From: Octopus vulgaris
Lineage: Eukaryota
Reading direction: 5' to 3'
DNA length: 64,000 nt
NCBI GenBank assembly: GCA_951406725.2
Contig: OX597837.1
Coordinates: forward strand, 37,820,001-37,884,000
Shown here: positions 56,561 through 64,000 of the stretch, piece by piece
How the letters are laid out: each line of letters starts with the position of its first letter
How positions within the stretch are numbered: position 1 is the first letter of the stretch
Program-made: the position numbers and the translations under genes
The notes under the pieces: model-generated
Database searches by the model: none
What the model was told of the DNA's origin: nothing
The model's input: only the letters and a program-made list of their open reading frames with translations

Positions 56561-57354
56561 TTCTCTCTCAATACAACACCTTTTACCACTACCTTCTCTC
56601 TACTTTGTCTGATAAAGAGAGCCGCTGCATAGTCCCTCGATCTGCTAGAAATAGTAGCTGAATTGCCCTCAAAATCAATGACGTCCTGCATTTCCTTCAC
56701 ACAGGAACTCTTTTCTCTGTGGTTTCAGCGACTGGAATGCCTTTGATCATCGAAACGTCTGCTCAATTGGAGCTAACCTGGGGCTATACAATAACATCTC
56801 ACTCTCTCTCTCTCTTTTCTGTTATATCACCTTTTCTCTTTCTTTCTCTCTTTCTCATTTTACTCTTTAACATCCCTCTCTACCACACAACCTCCCACCA
56901 CCACCACCACCACTACCACCACCACCACCACCACCACACTTCTATCCACCTTCTCTCTCTCTATTACATCACCTCTCACCACTACCTCTCTCTATATAAC
57001 ATTACCTCTCACCACCACTATCATTACCATACGACCATCGCCACCGCTGCGCTGCTTCTGCCACCACCATCGCCACACTTCTGTCCAACACCTCTCTCTA
57101 TTTACACTACCTCTCACCACTACCACCGCCACCTACTCTCTTCTTCAATTGACGAATTAACGTATAAATGGTCGTTTAACATGTTAGAAATAACAGCTAA
57201 ACTTAGGTCAAATCACACCTTTCTGTTCATAAACTAAAATAAAGGACAGACACTCGGCATAATTTTGTTTTTAACGAGCCAATCGATTGATTGGTCAAAT
57301 GATTATGAAAGCAATCGATTACTTCATTAATCGATTAAGCAATAATAATAATAT

Positions 57355-57877
57355 TCCTTTCTACTATAGGTAACACGCCTGAAATTTTTGGAGAAGAGTA
57401 AGTCGATTAGATCGACCTCAGTATTTAACTGGTACTGATTTTATCGACCCCCGAGAGAATGAAAGGTAAAGTCGACCTATTTCTTTACTACCCACAAGGG
57501 GTTAAATACAGAGGGGACAAACAAGGACAGACAAAGGGATTAAGTCGATTATATCGACCCAAGTGCGTAACTGATACTTAATTTATCGACCCCGATAGGA
57601 TGAAAGGCAAAATTGACCTCGGCAGAATTTGAACTCAGAACGTAACGGCGGACGAAATACCTATTTCTGTATTACCCACAAAGGGCTAAACACAGAGAAG
57701 ACAAACGGATTAAGTCGATTATATCGACCCCAGTGCATAACTGGTACTTTTTTAATCGACCCCGAAAGGATGAAAGGCAAAGTTGACCTCGGTGGAATTT
57801 GAACTCAGAACGTAACGGCAGACGAAATACCGCTAAGCATTTTGTCCAGCGTGCTAACTATTCTGTCAGCTCACCTC
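57355..57877 (-). mobile_element. Hybrid SINE array: partial C, two B units, head
   Basis: Junctions gtcgacc|tatttc (about 57477) and gaaatacc|tatttc (about 57661). Confidence 0.85.
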
Positions 57878-57971
57878 TTTATTACACTTAGAATATTGAA
57901 AACAAGCCAAATAAGGGAAATAAAAAAATACCCCAAAACAAAACAAAAAGGAAAGAAAATTATTTGGATGT

Positions 57972-58445
<474 letters not shown>

Positions 58446-59367
58446 TAAATGGATGTAAGACAAAAATATGAAAGCTCTGTAATGGCGAAGGAGATTTTCA
58501 GTTGTCGTCTGGCAGGTTTTCAAGACAGCATTATCCGATTTTGTCCTTCCGCTCATGTATACTAAAAGACCTTCGACTCGTTATAATTTGCGAAGATCAT
58601 AAACAATGCCAAAGACAGCTTGGCTTCGACTTTGGCAGCCATCATTAATGTAAATATAGGAAGTGGCTGCGTGTTGTTTTTGATGGGATAAAGTCTCGCT
58701 GGGAAAATGGCTGTAGGAGACAGTCTCTACAATGTCTCTCTCTATATATGTTTAGTTATGTAATCTTTTCTACTCTAGGCACAAGGCCCGCAATTTTGGT
58801 GGGAGAGGGGGCCAGTCAATTACATCGATCCCAGTGCGTAACAGGTACTTAATTTATCGACTCCGAAAGGACGAAAGGCAAAGTCAACCTCGGCGGAATT
58901 TGAACTCAGAACGTAAAGACAGACGAAATACCACTAATTTCTTCCTCTCCGAACTTTTCCCCTTTACGACGAAGAGCCACGCTTGAAACGTCATTTTCAC
59001 CCTTATTTTTCCATTAGAAACTTTCACTGAGCGCGAATTTAATATATTCACTGTGTACATCTAATTAACTTTTGTTGTTTTTTTGCTTTTTTTAGCTGCA
59101 TACATACACACACATACATACATACATACATTCATACATACATACATACATACATACATACACACATACACACATACATACATACATACAAACATACATT
59201 CATACATACATACATACATACATACATACATTCATACATACATACATACATACATACATACATACATTCATACATACATACATACATATATACATACATT
59301 CATACATACATACATACATACATACATACATACATACATACATACATACATACATACATACATACAT

Positions 59368-59940
59368 ACGCGCCCTTTGGACACGAATGTGGTCAGAAAA
59401 ATACAAGACAAAGAGGACGTCTATGGAATATTCATAAAGAGTTTGTCAATCCAGTACCAAAGATACACTTTCAGCTTCAAGACTATTATTATTGGAGCAG
59501 TAGGATACATACCAACCCACCTGGAACAAACTATAGCTGAAATTGGTTTCTTGTGGAAAGAATGCAAATCCTTAATTCATCATATACTACAAATGCTCAA
59601 TATATATGGAACAATAAAAATCTGCAAGACTTTCTTAAGATTTAAAGGATGATGACCTAAACAAGATACTTTCCTTCACAACCTTGTTACCAAAAGCCTA
59701 AGTGAGTCTAAATTAACTCTAAATTTAAAAAAAAAGGAGAAAAAGGAAACATGCCAGGCCAAATATTGTTGTTTGGGGCAGACATAAAGGACCAGGGTCC
59801 TGCTGATTTGAATATCACTTCGAAAATCAAAGAGACGGAAGATAACTGCGGACAACTGCTTCGAAACCTCCGCTTCTACATCCAGATTATGAATTTAAAT
59901 TATACCAATAATAATAGGTGCACTTGGTTTTCTGAATAAA
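59368..59940 (+). pseudogene. Two C-terminal fragments of RLE-type LINE ORFs
   Basis: PLDTNVVRKIQDKEDVY...TIIIGAVG...GTIKICKTFL* and PADLNITSKIKETEDNCGQLLRNL...(frameshift)IPIIIGALG; these resemble the P.D.N...K...K...Y / PIIIGALG region. Confidence 0.7.
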
Positions 59941-60222
59941 TACATACTTGCATACCTGCCTGCCTACCTACTTACGTACCTGCCTGTTTCCCCAACTTTG
60001 CCTACCTGCCTGCCTACATACGTACCTACTTACCAACCATGTATAAATACGTACATGATGGTTGCAACCCGATTTCGAGCAGCGCAGATGTGGTTTTTTT
60101 CAGTTCTGCTACGGACCTACAGTCTTTTGCACAGGTGTGTGGCAACAAACGATTGGCAACTTTGCAGTAAGCGTCCAGAGAATTTGCCATCCACCATCAC
60201 AGATGTCATCATTCCATCGTAT

Positions 60223-60258
<36 letters not shown>

Positions 60259-60260
60259 GC

Positions 60261-60335
<75 letters not shown>

Positions 60336-60412
60336 AATGTATATATATATATATATAGTTCAAATTTGCTTATTTATATATATGTTTCTACATTTCTATG
60401 TATACGTGTACT

Positions 60413-60445
<33 letters not shown>

Positions 60446-60474
60446 ATGCTAATTAAGAAACCAATATATATGAA

Positions 60475-60514
<40 letters not shown>

Positions 60515-60970
60515 TATATACTATATACATAGTATAGAAAGCTCAAGTTATGTTTGCGCGCGTGTGTGTGTATATATATATGTATATATGTATGTGTGTG
60601 TTTGTGTGTATGTATGTATACATGTATGTATGTATGTATGTATGTATGTATGTTTGTATGTATGTATGTATATAAACATATGTGTATACACACACACACA
60701 CACACATATATATATGCATGCGATGAGCGTGGTGTCTGTAGAAGCATGGATGTCAGTGTGAGCATAATTGAATGCCCTGCAAGGCTCACCAGCCTTTTAC
60801 CAATTCCGTAGAAATGCTTCTTCCATTGTTTCTAACCATTTTAAAGAACCGTGGAACTCAATGGATTCAGATTCCGTTATTTTTATCGATTCTTGGTAGC
60901 AACGCCATAATTGCATCCGCCATACTCCCAACCAAACTACTACTGTGTATGTATATGTATGTAAGCGAGT

Positions 60971-61015
<45 letters not shown>

Positions 61016-61560
61016 TCATTATTCAGTTTATTTCAAGATTTCTTGCCAATAGAGAAAGAACCGGTTTCTAACCTAGACCAAAGGCTCCTTCATTGGAATT
61101 TCAACATCAACAACAGGGTATTTTTGTTTGTATGTATGTATGTATGTATGTATGTATGTATGTATGTATGTATGTATGTATGTTTGTATGTATGTATGTA
61201 TGTATGTATGTATGTATGTATGTATGCATGCATGTATGTATGTATGTATGTATGTGTGTGTGTGTATGTATGTATGTATGTATGTATGTATGTATGTATG
61301 TATGTATGTATGCATGCATGCATGTATGTATGTATGTATGTATGTATGTATGTATGTGTGTGTGTGTATGTATGTATGTATGTATGTGTGTGTGTGTGTG
61401 TATGTATGTATGTGTATGTATGTATGTATGTATGTATGTATGTATGTGTCTATGTATGTATGTATGTGTGTGTGTATGCATGCATGTATGTATGTATGTG
61501 CAGATATGTATGTTTTATGTATGTATTCTCAAGCATATAGTTACATATCTGGACATTCTC

Positions 61561-61593
<33 letters not shown>

Positions 61594-61739
61594 TGTATGT
61601 ATGTATGTATGTATGTATGTATGTATGTATGTACGTACGTACGTACGTGTGTGTATGTACATCTATGTATATATGTATGTGTGTGTATATCTATGTGTCT
61701 GTGTGTGTAATTTTGCACGTATGTATGTATATATGCATG

Positions 61740-61922
61740 TACCGTGTGTACCGTTGGCGATTTTTTTCCCTCTGTCTTCCCTTCTCCTATGTTTCCGACG
61801 AAGAGCTTCGCTCGAAACGTTAAACCCTTCCTTCTTTCCTTCTTTCCTGAGCGTCCAATAATACTATATTTGTTCCACGTCCTTGTGTTGTGTTTTTTTG
61901 TGCTTTCTTGTTTGGATTAACT
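61740..61922 (+). mobile_element. Hammerhead-bearing cassette
   Basis: gttt-CCGACGA-A-GAGC-ttc-GCTC-GAAAC-GTT-aaac at 61791-61825; homologous to 15895-16090. Confidence 0.72.
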
Positions 61923-62438
61923 TTATATATGCATGTACATATGTATGTATATATGTATGTATGTAAGGTATATATATATATTACGCATAAAAGTCTAATG
62001 GATGCGTGTATGTATGTGCATATGTATGTACGTGTGTACGAGTGCATATATGTACGTATATTTTTGTATGTTTGTGCGTATATACTTATATATGCATGTT
62101 TGTACACACGTGGTTTTGCACAGAGTATTATTCTAGCGAATGTCAGTCAAAACATAACAAAATTAGAAGTTTGTTTCAAAAGTAATTTGGTGATAAGATG
62201 ATAGTGTGGCCTTAAGATGGCAATAAAAGCTGTTTGCTGTTATGTACATTTAAAGGTACCTTTGACAATATTTACGGATTAAAATGTTTTTGGCATTACA
62301 TAGACAATATTTTCCCGTAGGATATGAGCAGTTCCCCCTGAACACTATTTTTTGAATTTCTTCCATTTTTGGATTTTTCTGTTCCTGGTATTATTATTAT
62401 TATTATTGTTGTTGTTGTTGTTGTTGTTATTATTATTA

Positions 62439-62541
<103 letters not shown>

Positions 62542-62671
62542 GCAGTAGAAGGGGAAGAAAACGATGATGATGATGATAATGATGATGTGATGATTATGAT
62601 GAAGAAGAAGAAGAAGAAGAAGAAGAAGAAGAAGAAGAAGAAGAAGAAGAAGAAGAAGAAGAAGAAGAAGA

Positions 62672-62703
<32 letters not shown>

Positions 62704-62724
62704 GATGATGATGATTTCTGTCAT

Positions 62725-62779
62725 TGGACCAAAACTTTGCGAGTGGATTTGGTTGACGGAAACCGAAAGAAGCCTGTCA

Positions 62780-62818
<39 letters not shown>

Positions 62819-63025
62819 CTTTGTTTCTGTGTTTGTCGACCACCATCACCTGACAACCAGTATTGGTTTATTTACGTCCCCGTAACTTAAGGTTTCGGCA
62901 AAAGTGACTGATAGAATAAATCCTAGGTTTTGAAAAAATAATTCCTGTGATCGATTTCTTCGACTAAAACCCCTTCAAGACGGTGCCTCAGCATGGCCAC
63001 AGTCAAACGACCGAAACAAGTAGAA
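62725..63025 (+). mobile_element. SINE family A, 5' truncated
   Basis: gagtggatttggttgacggaaaccgaaagaagc...cagcatggccacagtc. Confidence 0.8.
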
Positions 63026-63501
63026 GGTATCCTAACACACCTATATTCTCGAACGTACTTACGGCCATCCTTAGAGTTAATTACCCAACATCTTTAAAGA
63101 AATTACTATATATCGTGCACCAGTTGTGTTCATTAGCAATAGAACGACCGACATATTCCTTAACAACCATAATATTCTTTTGTGATTCAACAGCCGGGGA
63201 TTGTGTTATCCATTAGCTTTGCTTATCGCTCGTTTCTGTACGATAGTATAATCATTCGTTAATACTATACGGATAATTAGCAGATCGTTGTCGTATTTTA
63301 GTCATGGTAAGTAATGTCGAGCGTATTATGTACGGTCTGGTGATCAAGAAATTTGTCTCGCTACTAAAGTACTGCGATATCTTATATATGGTTATTTGGT
63401 ACACAGACGGTGGGGTGCGCAGACTGAAGGAGTAATGAAAAGATTTTTATTAATGCAGTTGAAATTGGATAATTAGGCGTAAATTAGATCAGGTTGAGTA
63501 A

Positions 63502-63572
<71 letters not shown>

Positions 63573-63596
63573 GATAGATAGATAGATAGATAGATC

Positions 63597-63697
63597 TGGG
63601 CGGGTGGATGGGTGGGTGGATGGGTGGGTGGATGGGTGGGTGGATGGGTGGGTGGATGGGTGGGTGGATGGGTGGGTGGATGGGTTTGGGTGGGTGT
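63597..63697 (+). repeat. (GGGTGGATGGGT)n G-rich repeat
   Basis: 12-bp period with many GGG runs. Confidence 0.85.
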
Positions 63698-64000
63698 ATG
63701 GATAGATAGATGGATAGTCTTTACAGATTGTGCAGCAAGAAATTGCAGAACTCTCATCTGTCGTCTACAACCGGAGAGACAGTGATATATGCACACACAC
63801 ACACACACACACACACGCACATATACACATACACACACGCAAACATTATATAACTGTGTATATGTACACATTCGTATTTAACACGCTCGTGTACACTCAG
63901 ACGGGGAAAAACTGTCGCTGGCACCAACTGACGAAGTTGACTACACTGAAACCGGTGGGTCAAAAGAATACAGTAATCTCTCTTCATATCGCGGTTCACT

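Overview
Eukaryotic (animal), AT-rich, non-coding DNA dominated by microsatellites ((TA)n, (CA)n, (TACA)n, (GATA)n, (TAA)n, (CAC)n) and interspersed repeats. The repeat content resembles an octopus/coleoid cephalopod genome; this is inference from recollection, not a database hit. I see no intact host gene, and nearly all ORFs in the track are translations of simple repeats. Supported content: at least four tRNA-headed SINE families (called A, B/C, D, E here), a decayed DD41D Tc1/mariner transposon with TIRs, several MITEs, Helitron/Helentron-type non-autonomous elements, 3' fragments of RLE-type and RTE-type LINEs, a 32-bp minisatellite and about ten hammerhead-ribozyme-like motifs. Two things stand out. 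(1) SINE B forms head-to-tail multimers of a 184-bp headless unit, usually joined at the same point in the head hairpin, and whole multimers (up to 9 units) are flanked by target-site duplications. (2) A family of short hammerhead-bearing cassettes sits inside microsatellites, with co-varying stems and non-canonical cores. All coordinates and alignments were done by eye.
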